Assembly (NCBI GenBank): GCA_013239625.1
Contig: MU053504.1
Span: 312,001-376,000 of the forward strand
Direction of reading: 5' to 3'
Source: Lama guanicoe
Lineage: Eukaryota
DNA length: 64,000 nt
This document shows, piece after piece, positions 25,915 to 39,552 of the stretch. Every line of letters begins with the position of its first letter. The stretch's first letter is position 1. The notes under the pieces are model-generated. The model was not told where the DNA came from. It worked only from the letters and a program-made list of their open reading frames with translations, and did not search any database. Position numbers and translations under genes: made by a program.

Positions 25915-26280
25915 AAACATTCATTTGTCCAACAAATATTTACGGAGGGCTTGCTCACATGCTGAGCACTCAACCAGCAGCACAACAGGTCCAGATCCAG
26001 CCCTCCTGGGGCTTACAGTCCAGTAGGGGTGATGGTGAGTGCTTTGAAGAGAACTGGAATCAGGCGAGGGGGTAAAGAACGGTGAGGGGTGGTCAGGGAG
26101 GGCTTCTCTGAGAGGTGATGCTGGACAGAGAACTGAATGAAGTGTGGGACTGAGTTGTGTGGAGGTCTGAGGAGAGCATTCCAGGCAGAGGGAACAGCAG
26201 ATGCAAAGGTCCGGAGGCAGGAATGAATTTGGGTTCAAGGCAGTGGCTAGAATGGCAGGAGTGAGGACCTGTGTGAGAAG
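25915..26280 (-). mobile_element. L2 LINE 3' fragment
   Basis: CATTCATTTGTCCAACAAATATTTA...GAGCATTCCAGGCAGAGGGAACAGCAGATGCAAAGG. Confidence 0.8.
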
Positions 26281-29171
26281 GGAGCAGAATTGTGGTGGGG
26301 TGGTGGGGCTGGGGGCCCTATCTGAGTGCATTCCTGAGAAGATGGTGAGAGGTGGGCAGTCAGAGCAGGAAGGAGAGAAAGCAGGAGCTGCAGCCTTTGA
26401 GGAGGATGGGGCGGCAGGGGCTGGGGGGGTGCTGGGAGGAGAACAAGATTAGACACTGGCATTAGAAAGGGTGGAGTTCTGAGTCCTTCCACACTCTCTC
26501 AATTCTCACCACAGCCCATTTCACAGGTGGGGAAATGGAGATCCCAGAGAGTCACCCGGAGGGAACACAGATCTGGCCTCTAGCTCCCGAGACCTGGCTC
26601 CCTGAGCTTCCTCTTGTCTTCTTGGGAGTCTGTGTCCCAGCCCTCAGGATGCTCAGAACCCCAGCCTCCCCCAGCCCACAAGGTCCAAGCCACCTCCTTC
26701 CTAGCTGGCTCAGCCAAAATTGGCCTGAGGAGGAAGGGGTAGTCACCAACCCTCTGGTCTTCCTCAACCCCTTACTCCCAGTCCTGCCTGTATGTAAAGG
26801 TCTCCCAAGTTGTCTTCCGGTTTTGCCCCTGCCCGCTACCCCACCCCTACCTCCACCTTGCCCCAAGAAGCCAAAGGGATCTGATATAAAGAAAACCAGG
26901 TTATCCCCTCCTATTTAACACCTGCCCGTGGCTGCCCCTCATCCTCCCCATCACAGCCCACAAGGTCCGTGGGATCCAGCCCTGCTGACCTCTTCTCCAC
27001 CTCTCTGCCCGCGCTGCATTTGTTACCTTCCTGTTCTTCAAACACACCTACTCATTTCCACCTCAGGGCCCTTGCTTCTGCCATTCCCTCTTCCTGGAAC
27101 ACTCCCCAGATCTCCCGTGGGGCGCTCACTCTGGTCTTCCCAGCCTCAGCTCAAATGTCACTGTCTCAAGGAGATTTTCCCTGACAACGCAATCAACCAG
27201 TTTCGGTCCCTTATCACCATACTCCATCCCATTAGCCTGCTTCGTTCCCTTTATGCCTTTTCCTGCCATTGGAACTGGCCTTGTTGATTTCTTGTCTTGC
27301 TGATTGTGCCCCAGAAAACAGGGATCTTGTCTGCACCCTCTGGGCTTCTTGCCCCAGGTGCTAGGCCAGCTTCCGTATTTAGCTGTGAGTTGGGTGATGT
27401 GTCTGCCCTCCTGGAGATGATAATCTGGTTGGACAGGGGCTGGGGGAAGAAAGCAGATGATGCACCAGTTGCGGAAAATGCTACAAATGAAAACACCTAG
27501 GGGAGAGACAGAAAGAGAAAGTAACCGGCTCGGGGAGCAGTGGGTGGCCAGGTTCTGTGGAAGATCAGAGAGCTGGGATAAGAATCATTTAAATAAGGTG
27601 CAGGTGTTGATCCTTCCACAGCAGTCCAGATGTGAGCGGTGCAGCCTGGTGCAGGGTCTGTCTGGTGCACGGCTCCTAAGGGGCTGCTGGAGAGAGCCCC
27701 CGACACATCCATACCCCAGCCAGTTGGATTGGTCAGCCTACAAGCAACATAGCCACAAGGGAGGCTGGGAAATGTAATATTCTGCAGGGCAGCCATGTGC
27801 TCAGCTTAAATTCGGGGAAATATTATTATCTAAGAGAAAGGTAGATTGGATACGGGGGATGCCTGGGGGTCCTTGCCTGAGGCATCAGCAAGACACCACC
27901 AGCCCACACTTGCCTGTTTTCTGCATGTCTGGTTCTTGATCCTTCTTTGTGTAAAGCGGAGGGAATGAGGGCTGCTCTTGGTCCTGAATAAGCCTGAATC
28001 CCACCTCAGGGACCCTTCCTCCTCTGCTAGTTCCCTCCTTCCCTTGGTCCTTTCTTAGGGTGTCTAGCCCGGCCCTCCCCGTCCCAGCTCTCCATCTGCC
28101 TGCAGTCTCTTGTCTGTGTCCTCTCCACCCCGCTTTGTTCTGATCTTCATTCCACTTCCCCCTCTCATCTCTAGACATCTTAGAAGTTCTGCTCACCTGT
28201 GTGGCGGCTGCTTTCTCAGCCTCTTCTCGCTCCATCCTCTCTGGAAATCTGGCCTCTCCACTCCCTGCTTACTCAGAGAGGACTGGTCCTTTTGTGTCAT
28301 GAGATCCACTTGTTCTTTCCAGTCTCCCTGTAGCCCTGCTGGATCCCCCCAGCTGACGTTCTCTGTGACACTTCGGCACCCATGAGAAACAGAATGTGGG
28401 CTTTGCAATCAGGCAGGACAGGAGCAAGATTGCTTCACCCTCAAAGCCTCAATTAGTTCAGCTGTAAAATGGGATTCCCTCTCCTTCCTGCATTTCTTGG
28501 TGCATTTCTGAGTCTGTTTTCAGCCCTGTCCTCTGCTCTCCGTCTCTGCGGTATTCCCAATGCCCTTCCCCGGCTCTGATGTGAGGCTCCAGACTGATGC
28601 TGAGACGCTGAGTGTAGTTCTGGGGGGAAGGAGCTGGGTGGGGCCACTCTTGCTGCTCAGGGGGTGTGCTGCCTCTGTAAGGGATCACTGCCAAGCAAAC
28701 CCACCATTCTCCTGATGGAGAAACAAGAGGTTCCGTGAAGGTACATCCTGCAGTTCGCACAGCTTAGAGAGGAAGGAGCCAACTCAGCTTATTTTTCTCC
28801 AAGTCTGCAGGGTAGGGCAGGGAAAGAGCCCGTATTTTCCTTCACAATGGTAGTCACTTGACTTGGAGCTTGACGACAGATGTGTTCTCAGACAGTTGGC
28901 TGTAAAACGAACCATCTTTCCCCACTGATTGCCATTGTGTTTGGGGGAAGAGAGTTGAGGACTTCACTGTGTCCACTCTGGGTCAATAAATCCCCCAAAC
29001 AAGCATAGCTGGTGAAAGTGGGGACTCATTTATCAGTAGGTTTCTTAATTGCTTCATCAACTGATTTCCATGTCCCTATTGCACAAGGGGTTTGAGGCCG
29101 ATTAGGGAGAAAGTGAAGAGTGGAAACTGGTCATCTTCTGAGCCTTTTACTTTCTGCTCATCAAGAAATGC

Positions 29172-29276
29172 AAGGAAGAAAGAAAGAAAGGAAGAAATAA
29201 AGGAAGGAAGGAAGAAAGAAAGAAAAGAAGGAAGGAAGGAAGAAAAAGAAAGAGAAAGAGAAAGAGAAAGGAAAGT

Positions 29277-29319
<43 letters not shown>

Positions 29320-29339
29320 GAAGGAAAGAAAGAAAGAAA
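29172..29339 (+). repeat. (GAAA)n/(GGAA)n compound microsatellite
   Basis: Read directly. Confidence 0.95.
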
Positions 29340-32060
29340 TCCAGCTGCTACATAGCTGGGGAACAAATTCTTGGTATGGAAGTAATTCTGCTAAGGCTAG
29401 CCTCCTCAGAGTACATTCCAAATGCTTTTCCTATTTTCAGATTTAATTAGGAAACGTTTTCTGTAGTGTGAGTCATCACTTAATAATGGGAGGGGTGTTT
29501 ATTAGAAAATGGGTGGAAAGAGGACAGGACAGTTGCACGATTCAAATCTGGGTTCTGCAAGTCACTCTCTGGCTGTGTGATCTTGGATGAGCCCCTTCAC
29601 CTCTCGGAGCACCAGTTCCCTTGTCTGTGAATTAAGAGCTATGTGGCAGAGATCTGGGGGGCTCTAAACTAGCTCATACACAAGAAAAAAAGAGAAAAAA
29701 CCTTCCAGCTCATACTCACCATCTTCTCTTCTCACTCAGTCTCCTAAACGTTGGGGCCGTGCTAGGAGTGTTGTTTACCTTCTCCAGCATGAACTACATA
29801 CAGCCACCCAGAAACCGTCCAGTCGCCCCTCTGAAATGGCATTTCAGGTTAAATCAGATGCGCCTTCTTACACTGGCACAACTTGGTCTCTCTTCTAGAG
29901 CCAAGAACATAGTGATTGCTGTAAAATGTCTTTGGATGGGGTGGGAAGCCCAGAAGAGGGAGACATATCCTGGGCTGGGGTCTTCAAGTGTTAGGGTTTG
30001 GTTAGCAAGTAAGAAGTGGGCATTTGGGAAGTGCAACCAGCAAAAGCCAGTGTGTGGAGGCGGGACTGGGCTGAAAGATGCCATGGTTGAAAGTGACGAT
30101 GGTAGATTAACCTCAAAGCCACAGAGAGCTCAAGAGCAGGGGGAAATTATGAATTTCCATTAAAGAAGGACCAAAGGCATTCATTGGATGATTTGTTCTT
30201 GGGGTGAGCATCTCTTCTCCCCTGCTGGAGGGATTCTGTTTCTCTTGGACAATAGGCATTGGTGAGTGCAGAGTTTGTATATCACACTTTCTTTTCCCCT
30301 TTTCTCTGTCTCTTGAGAACTCTTCCCTAATTCCAGGAGCCTGGAAGGAGCTCTGGCTAAAAGAGGAGGGCTTTCCAGGTGAAGCCAGTTAGAACCTTTT
30401 CTTTCTGCAGGGGCTGTAGGGAAGGGTCTCCGTCTCCGGGCTATCAGGACATAGTGTTAGGGCTGTGGTGTCATATTTATGTCACATGGAGTGAAGCTTG
30501 TCTAAAGCAGAAAAATGCTTTACACATTGATGTGATGCTACACAACAGAGATACAGAAAGAAGCAAAACTAAGTGGTGGTGGTGGGGGCTTGCCAATATT
30601 GCCCATGTGTCTGGATCTCACCATACCTGCAGCCCACTGAATTTGACTTTTATGTGAATCAATTAATTCCCTTTGTGTGTTTAACAGGATTCCTGTTATA
30701 AGCAACTGAAATAATTCTAATTAATACAGTTGGCAAATAGAGACCGGCTTCCTCTTTAGAAACAGACAGAGCAGGGATGGAGCACAACAGACATGGTGAT
30801 GCTGAGTGAAGGTCTAAGGGTCTTTGCTGACTTTCTGCAGCCCTGGCTAAAGTCAGTGCCCCTCTCTGGGCCTCAGTTTCATCATCTATGAAATGGGCTG
30901 CTAAGAACAGAAAATAAAAGTATTTATTTATCTTGTTGCAAAAATGAGTTGAGGCAGCTTATAGATATTAGAAAACCAGAGGACAAGAAAAGAAATGGAT
31001 AATGAAATTGTGAGAAGGGAAAAGAATTTGAATTCAAGGATGAGATCAGGTTACTGAATGGCTGCTGGGAGATTCTGAATCAGTTCCAGAGGTGACTAGA
31101 AAAGTTTGTTCTGAGCATCCTTGCAGCCAAAGCAAGAAAAGAGAGACACAGTTATATGGTTTCATAGGGGGAAAAACCCAAACCAGTTCCCAAGAAGCCC
31201 AACTTTTTCTGGAATAAAAATCTGGAATAAATTTCCTGTGGTTCTCCATCATAAAGACTTTGTGAAACGCCATGAGCAAAGATAAAAGACAAGAAACAAG
31301 CTAGAGAAAACAGTTGCAACATATATTAAGTCAGAGGATTAAAATCTGTAATAAACCAAGAGTTCCTACAAGTCAGTCAGAAAAAGACAAATCACACCAT
31401 CATAAAATGGACGAAGGAGAATAAAGACACAATGCACAATAGAATTCACATCGGAAGAAATAGCTATGAAATCATCAACAACAACAAAAAATCAAAAGAA
31501 TGGGTAACACCAGTGTTGGTGAAGGTATGGAGAAATGGGCATGGTCAGACACTTCTGTTTTCTCTGAGGACGTCTCATCACCTGACATTATATATTTATG
31601 TGTTTATTTATCTGCGGCTGTTTCCCAGACCAGACTGTGAGTTCCACGGGGATAAGGACTGTCTCCTTTTCACTGTTAAATCCCCAGCACCTAGAAAAAT
31701 ATGCGCAGCACAAAGAAGGTGCTTGATAAATGTTAAGCAATGGCATGAGTGAGTGAATGAACGAAGGCATAGATAGAATGTAAGTTGGTGTAAAATTCTT
31801 TGGTAGGTGATCTGGGAACATCTATTTGAATTTCAAAGACTCATTCATTCACTGGTTTAGAAATCCCTCCTTTAGCCATCTGCTCAATAGAAACAAACAA
31901 ATTCTCAAAGGAACGAGTAGAAGTATGTTCCTTGTGGCATTGCGTAAATGGCAAAAGTTGGAAATAACCTAAATGCCCAAGAGCAGGGCACTGATTAAGT
32001 AAGTTATGGCATATCCTCACTACGGGATACTATGTGTACTTCTTAAAAAAGAAGAAGAAC

Positions 32061-32200
32061 GGGGGTAGGGGTAGGGTATAGCTCAGTGGTAGGAACACAT
32101 GTTTAGCATGCACAAGGTCCTGGGTTCAATCCCCAGTACCTCCATTAATAAATAAGTAAATAAACCTAATTACCCCCAAATTAAAAAAAAAAGAGTAATG
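32061..32200 (+). mobile_element. Camelid tRNA-derived SINE (Vic-1-like)
   Basis: A box TAGCTCAGTGG, B box GGTTCAATCC, AAATAAACCTAATTAC tail and A-rich end. TSD AAAAAGAA(G/C)AAGAAC at 32046-32060 and 32201-32215. Confidence 0.9.
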
Positions 32201-32536
32201 AAAAAGAACAAGAACAGATCTATGATACTCATGTAGTCTGATCTCTAAGGACATATTACCAAAGGAAAATAGCCAGTCACAGAGCAACAGAATGTAAATA
32301 TCCATGGAAAAAACAAAAACTCTATCGCTCCATCATCTATGTATCTGTATATCTATTCACCCATCCACCCATTTATCATCTAGCAAAATAAACAAATAGA
32401 AAAATATCTTGGAAGGAAACACCAAACTTCACAGTGGTAGCTTCTGGAGAAGAGAATAAAATGGGGAGGTGTGCAAAGGTCTATTTTTACTTTAAAATTG
32501 TACTTACGTATAGAAGACATTTAAAATGCACACAGA

Positions 32537-32933
32537 AAAAGAAAAAACAAATTACTATGAATCTGGCCTCCCAATTCAATTCTAATTTTTAAAATATACA
32601 AATGTTCCTTTACTGATGTACTCATCCACCACTAATGAACTCATCTACAAAACAGAAACAGACTCACAAACACAGTAAACAATCTTACGTTACTGGGGAA
32701 AGTGGGTGGGAAGGGATGACTTCGGGAGTTTGAGATTTGCAAATGTTAGCCACTAGATATAAAAATAGATTTAAAAACCAAAATACTTCTGTATAGAAAA
32801 CTATATTCAGTATCTTGTAATAACCCTTAATGAAAAAGAGTATGAAAACAAATATACGTATGTATATGCATGACTGAGACATTGTGCTGTACACCAGAAA
32901 TTGACTGTACTGCAATTAATAAAAATAATAAAG
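32537..32933 (+). mobile_element. Young 5'-truncated L1 3' end with about 90 nt of extra 5' sequence
   Basis: L1 3' UTR from about 32630 (AATGAACTCATCTACAAAACAGAAACAGACTCAC). 15-bp TSD TAAAATGCACACAGA at 32522-32536 and 32934-32948. Confidence 0.85.
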
Positions 32934-34093
32934 TAAAATGCACACAGATAGGGGTGAAAGCTGACAAAACTTCACAAACTCTATACATCCCTCTAACCAG
33001 CACTTAGATAAAGAAAGAATATTGCCAGCACGGGCCCTGCTTCTTATCCTCTCAAGAATTCTTGTCACTATCCTTCCATCACCTTTACTGCCTTAGATTC
33101 ATTTTGCCAAATTTCGAACTTTATGCAAATGGGATCGTAAGGCGGATACCATTTTGTGTTTGGGCACACAACGTTCTGTTTATGTGTTTCACTATTTGCA
33201 TTTTTAATTGATATATTTGTGTACATTTCAACTATTTTCAAAGAGAATGCATCACCTGTATTCTACATGTATGAGTCAGGTAATTACAATTTATTAATGA
33301 AGATAAGTCAACACAGACAAGGTGCAGTACATCAACAATTTGCCTTCACCATGTGTAACAGAGAGTTTCGCAAGGTAAAACACGAATGAGCAGGTCGCTG
33401 GCTGCTGTTCCTTATCTCTACCCCCAGAGCAGGAGGCTGGGGTCCTGGAAGGCTGTTTTGGTGTGGGGTTTCCTTGGCTGTGGCTGAAACTTTAACGGAA
33501 GTTGGAGTTTCGGCAGACGGTGCTCGTGTTCCAGGATAACGCAGCTTCCGTGTGGTGGTCCCACCTCGCCGAGCATCAGCAGCGTCTGCTCAGGCTCGCA
33601 CAGCCCAGAGAGGAGACGGGCCTTGGTGCGGCGAGGGCCTAATCCAGGCCCATCTGGCTTCAGATTCTGAACCACCTTTTTCCAGTTGGGTAGCGAAATG
33701 GGCAGCCAAGAAAACGATGAAGACGTGCTAACCACAAGGCACATGGCTGCACAGACGTCCACCTGCCAGGCGGCTGGGTGGGCGTGGTGTGGGAGAGACT
33801 GGGGTGCTGGGATTTCGGGGACTCTGCTGCAAAATGCAAAAGAAAAGCCTGCAGGCTGGGTGGAGGCGGCTCACGTGGGCGGCCTCTGAAACCTCCCAGG
33901 CCTAACTGGGTCCTTCTCTGGGGGCAAACGGGTCAAAGCCTCCACCTCTGGTCAGTGGGAGACAGATTGAACAGTCTGCCGTCATCTGGCGTCTGTGAGT
34001 CTTTGTTCGCGTTCCCAGCAGTGCACCGGACAGCGGATAGAAGCAGATGAAATTTGAAAAACAAAATATTTTTAAAGAATTTTTATTAACCAT

Positions 34094-34242
34094 TCCCTTC
34101 CTTCCCTCCCTCCCTCCCTTCCTACCATTTCTCTTCCTTCTCTTTTCCCTTTCTCTCCTTCCTTCTCCTCTCTCCTCCTCCCCTTCTACTTCCTCCTCCT
34201 CCTCTTTCTTCCCCTTCTCCTATTCCTCTTTCCCCTTCTTTT
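34094..34242 (+). repeat. CT-rich polypyrimidine tract
   Basis: Read directly. Confidence 0.9.
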
Positions 34243-34254
34243 TAATTCTGCTCT

Positions 34255-35460
34255 GAATAGACATGTGCTGTCCAAACATAGACAGTGCCAAAGTGTATAC
34301 TGGGGAAAGTGTACCCCTGTCCTCCACCTATCCCCCAGCCACCCAGTTCCTCTTCTGGAAAGCAGCAAGTGTTTTCAGTTTCTTTGCTGTGTTTCCACTC
34401 AGAAGAAGTTTATGCATTATGAGCATATGCAGTATGTACTCTCCCCACCTTTATCTTTACCAAATGATACTGTGGTTTGTAGTTTCTTGCACTTCACTTG
34501 CTGCAACACACCTTGACCACCATTTTTTATCAGTACTTAGCTGCCTCTTTTTCACAGCTGCATGGATTCCATGGTTTAGATGTGCCATCACATATTTAAT
34601 TGGTACCCTGTCAAATGACATTTAGGTTGTTTCCCATCTTCTGCTATTACCATAAGGCTGCAATGCCCGTCCTTATGCAGACGTCACGTTGCAAATATGA
34701 GTATGTGTGGAATAAACTCCTAGAAGTGGAATCAGTGCAGCAAAGGGGATATGTGTTTATAACCTGGTAAATGTAGCCAAATGGCCTGACATGCCAACCA
34801 ATGCAGCAGAATGCCTGTTCCCCACCGGCCATTGCCCAACACTTTCATTTGATCTGTAGTCTGTATTCCAATTTCCTCAACTGTCCCAATAATGTCCTTT
34901 ATAGAATTTTTTCCCAGTGCAGGATGCAGCCCAGGATCACGTATTTTATTGTTGTGTCTTTTTAGTCTCCTTTAATCTTGAACAGTTTCTGACCATTCTT
35001 TGTCTTTAATGACTTTGACATTTTTGAACAATGTAAATATGTTGTTTCATAGAATGTCACATCCCTCACTGTAGGTTTGTGTGCTCTTCCTCAGGATTGG
35101 ACTCAGGGTGTGCCCTTTTGGTGGGATGCCTGCGAAGTGATGGATGCTGTGTCCTCCCAGTGTGTTACAGCAGGAGGCACACGACGTCAAGCTGTCCTTT
35201 CATTTGTGTTAACTTTGATCACTTGGTTATGGTGGTGTCCAGTTTCTCCGCTATAAAGGTATTCCTCTTCCTTTTGTAATTAATTTTTAGGGATATACTT
35301 TAATATCCTTAATAAATATCCATCCTTGTCAAACCCATTGTACATTTAAAATGTGAATTTCTTCACTGAAAGTGGGAAGCATTTGCTCCTGTGTTTAAGG
35401 GCCATTGGGTTTCCTTTTCATCAAATTTTGGTAAAAATTTTCTTTTCTTAGACAAATTTG
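34255..35460 (-). mobile_element. Ancient L1M(E/C) 3' fragments
   Basis: ATTCCATGGTTTAGATGTGCCAT...GACATTTAGGTTGTTTCC...CCTAGAAGTGGAAT and TAGTCTCCTTTAATCTTGAACAGTT motifs. Confidence 0.7.
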
Positions 35461-37502
35461 AATGTTTATTTTTAAAAAACAGAATGGTTCAAGCTCGGTC
35501 CTATAGCTCTTGATCCAAAATGATGATAATGATTTTTTTAAATCCTCATTTCTCCAACATCTCCAAGAATGATTGCTTTACAAAACTCACCTGGGTCTCA
35601 GGCCCATCCCTGGACCTGGCTTGCCCTCCCTGATGACAGCCAGAGACTCCCCTTACAGTCTTTGTTGCAGGAAGGGGCAGAGAAATGCCTCTTGCTGTTC
35701 CCAAGGGAGATAGGATGCAGGTCAGAAGTGGCCCAGGCCAAGATTACAGCCTGCCCTGAGCGCCAGCCCTAGTTCTCCAGCTATTACCTCCGAACTCTCT
35801 CCCCACCAGCCCAGGGGATGTCCCTCTGCCCGCTGCATTTCTTAGATGCTGAACCTTGCTCCAGAACAGGGGACCACTCACCCCCCAATGTCATGCTGGC
35901 CTCAGGCTCCCAGTGTTGTCCCTCCTACTCCAGGCTAACCCATACCACAGTCCCCATTGGTCAAACCCTGCAGTCCTGGTGCATGGGGTGGCCCTGGGGG
36001 AGGAAAGTTTCCGAGGTGTTTTAGCCACAGATCTCTGCTCAGATAAAACCCTACTCAGAACTCCAGCCCATACAGCATCTCAAAATAAACCTGAAAACCC
36101 ATTGTAGGTTCTGTTCTTTTCACCTTGCAAGCGTTCCCAGGGGTGCCTGCCAATTGCCATGAAGTCTAGATAATTGTTAATTAAGTAAATTATGTACTCA
36201 TAGCCAATACTTACTAGGTAAAATTTTAAAACTCTCAAATAATTTGACAGCTAAACGTATAGTAAATGTGAGTACACTTTGAAATATTTGATACAATTTG
36301 ATAAAAATTTGATTAAAAAGGAAAAAAGAGTGTCAGGGGCCCAGAGCGAGTCCCGCTCCCACACCTCTCCAGATAAATCATGATGCCCTGGTTTTGTCTG
36401 TCTCTACACTGTTCCCTTTAGCGTTACCCTCTCATTGCATGTTGTTGATGGGACTAATTGTTTAAGGTCTCTCTCCCTCGACCTGTAGCTCCATGAGGCA
36501 GTCTGGTCCACCATTGCCTCCCCAGCTCTGAAAATAGGGCAATATCATAGAAGAGAAGCACTTTGGTAAAAGAAAAGATCAATGCATTGGGCCACATTAA
36601 AATTTAGAGTCTCCTGAGGTAAGGTGCTAAAAAAATAATAACTGCTGGTTAGATGAGGGAATGAATGAATGAGTAAATGAATGAGTGAATGAATCCATGA
36701 TAGTTACTTGTGAGGTCTGAAGGGGGTGATGCCTCATTTTTGTGGTGACTGCAGGGGGGTTTCAGGGTTTGGATTTGGGTGGGGGGCTGGCATCTGTCCC
36801 CACTTTGCAGACCCTGCTGGTGCTCAGAGCCACTCCCGTGAGAACATGGACAGCCTGGAGCCATCTCACCCCTCCCTGGGGATGCTTATTTTAATGCTGC
36901 AGGCAAAGTGGTCACATCAGTGACTCTGCCAGGCCCCATGGGACTGCACTGTCCTTTCTCCTGGACCTCCAAACCATCATATCTCTGAGAAGGAAAGGAG
37001 AAAGCCCTGTTTCCAAGGGGATGAACCAACGTGATGATCAAATAAGAGTGGGTGGGAAAGGGATTCTGGGGTAGCCCCGAACACACAGAGTAACCGTTCT
37101 TATTAAACACTTCCGGCAACTGTTCCCCTACCAGGGCCTCATTGTCCCTTTGATCAAATCTCTTCTCAGAGCTCTAGTCCATTCTGTAAAGCTGGGAGGT
37201 TGATTAGATTCAACTCAGGTGGACCCCAAAATACAGTAATGAGAATATTGATGTCTTCCAGAAAACCCATGTGGGAGGCCGCTGGGAGCCCAGGACATTG
37301 CAGGAGGGGTCAGGGAAGTTTCTCTAGCACATGTCCTTTGGGTGGCTCTAAAAGCATGAGCACTACACAAGGTGACACAACCAGGAGTCCAGCAGCTTTA
37401 TTGCCCTTGAATGATATAGTGAAATTCTTAGTTTACCTCCCCTCTTTTCAGGGATGTAAACATTTCCTCATCTGATCCAAAATACATCTTAGTATATTTT
37501 AG

Positions 37503-38116
37503 CTGCACCCCGATGTTCATAGTAGCACTATTTACAATAGCCAAGACATGGAAACAACTTAAATGTCCATTGATAGATGACTGGATAAAGAGGATGTGGT
37601 ATATTTATCCAATGGAATACTACTCAGCCATAAAAAAGAATAAAATAATGCTATTTGCAGCAACATGGATGGACCTGGAGATTGTCATTCCAAATGAAGT
37701 TAGCCAGAAAGAGAAAGAAAAATACCATATGAGATCACTTATATGTAGAATCTAAAAAAAAGACAAATGAATTTATTTACAAAACAGAAACAGACTCACA
37801 GACACAGTAAACAAACTTATGGTTACCAGGGGGAAATGGGGTGGGAAGAGATACATTGGAAGTATGATATTTGCAGATACTAACTACTAAATATAAAATA
37901 GATAAACAAGTTTATACTGTATAGCACAGGGAACTGTATTCAATATCTCGTAGTAACCTATAAAGAAAAAGAATATGAAAACAAATGTGTGTATGTATAT
38001 GTATGACTGAACTATTATGCTGCACACAAGAAATTGACACATTGTAAACTGACTATACTTCAATAAATTTTTTTAAATAAATAAAATTATGATTAAAAAA
38101 TAAACAAATAAATAAA
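37503..38116 (+). mobile_element. Young L1 fragment: ORF2 C-terminus plus 3' UTR
   Basis: ORF 37513-37755 (MFIVALFTIAKTWKQLKCPLIDDWIKRMWYIYPMEYYSAIKKN...) is the L1 ORF2p C-terminus, followed by the 3' UTR and an A-rich tail. Confidence 0.93.
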
Positions 38117-38319
38117 TGCTTATTTCCATCTGTTCAGTTTTCTTTGAACATTTGACCCAAGCCTTCCCATACCCTGAAAACAGCTTTATAAAACACCCCT
38201 CAGTATGATTTCCCAAAAGACAAAGCCCTACAATGATGTAATCCCGCCATTTTTGTCCTACGCCCTCTTACCTTTATGCACATCTGGACACGGGGCAGCA
38301 GACACCCCTGAGGAATTCC

Positions 38320-38808
38320 CTTCCCTCTATCCACGGTCTCCTATATCTCATACTGTCTAGGAGATTTAGCAAATAAAGCCCACAGTTCCATTCTTCGGTT
38401 TTGACCCTGGCCCACGCTCCTTCCATGTGGATGCTGGGCTTGGTCATGTGACTTGCTTTGACCAATAGGATAATAGGAAATATGACACATGCAGTGGCTC
38501 CAAAAGTACTTGTACACTGGGGCTTTGTCCTCTTGCAGCTCTGGGGAACATTATGGACACCATCAGGCCGGTTTGCTGGAGGATAAGAGACCCATGGCCA
38601 AATCCTCTTCATTACCCCAGCTGATGTCAGCTGACAACCACCACCAGACACATGAGTGAGGCAATCACCCATCAGCTGGCTGATGCGGACACATGACGGG
38701 GCCTAGCCGGGTCTACTGAACAGTAGGTTTGTGAGCAAGCCCATGATGGCTGTTTTAAGCCACTAAATTTTGAGGCAGTTTGTTACTTGGGAAAAGCCAA
38801 TTGATACA
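38320..38808 (+). mobile_element. MaLR LTR (MLT1-type)
   Basis: GGCTTGGTCATGTGACTTGCTTTGACCAAT...TTTTAAGCCACTAAATTTTGAGGCAGTTTGTTAC...TGATACA. Confidence 0.8.
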
Positions 38809-38872
38809 TATTTTCCTCTTTCTTGGTTTAGTCCTTCTTTCTGATGGAGCACATCCTTCAGAAGCATGGCAG

Positions 38873-39027
38873 GGTTTTTTTTTTTTCTTTCTTTCTTTTT
38901 TTTGGGGGGGTGAAGGGAGGAATTAGGTTTTAATTAATTTATTTATTTTAATGGAGGTACTGGGGATTGAACCCAGGACCTCCTGCCATGCTAAGCACAT
39001 ATCCTACCACTGAGCTACACCCTCCCC
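38873..39027 (-). mobile_element. Camelid tRNA-derived SINE (Vic-1-like)
   Basis: Reverse complement of the same family (GGAGGTACTGGGGATTGAACCCAGGACC...CCACTGAGCTACACCCTCCCC) with poly-T. TSD CAG(A/G)AGCATGGCAG at 38859-38872 and 39028-39041. Confidence 0.9.
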
Positions 39028-39034
39028 CAGGAGC

Positions 39035-39552
39035 ATGGCAGTTTTAAAACATGTCCACAAATTAATATTTGCCCCATGAGGATATGGGGTTTGGGATACA
39101 CACACACACACCGCACTTGAGTCTGGACCAGACATTGTAATGCCACAAAGTGATGCTGTATAACTTTTGAGGCGAGGTCATAAAAGGCCATGCAGTTCCT
39201 AGCTGGTTCTCTTGAGACACACACACTGGGGGAAAACCAACCACTAAAGGACATCCGACTACCTCAAACCACCATGCTGGAAAGGCCACATGTAGCCGTG
39301 CTAGTCAACAGTGCCAGCTGAGCCCAATTTCCCCGCCATTCCTGCCAAAGACACCAGACACGTGACTACCACCATCATGGATCCCCCCAGGCTAGCCCAT
39401 CCACCAGCTGAAACCGCTGAGCGACCTCCATCAACACCAGGCAGAGGAGAATAACCACTCAGACCAGCCCTTCCTGAGTTTCCAACCCACAGAATTGGTC
39501 TACTAATTGGAGGTGGGGGTAGTTTGTTACACAGAAATAGATAACCAGAACA
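39035..39552 (+). mobile_element. MaLR LTR (MLT1-type)
   Basis: CACCATGCTGGAAAGGCCACATGT...CAGCTGAGCCC...GTAGTTTGTTACACAGAAATAGATAACCAGAACA. Confidence 0.8.

Noticed and set aside
32061..32145. tRNA-like sequence with A and B boxes (also at about 38955-39027 and 58838-58905)
   Set aside because: SINE heads with a family tail and A-rich end (clear TSDs on two of the three copies), not tRNA genes.
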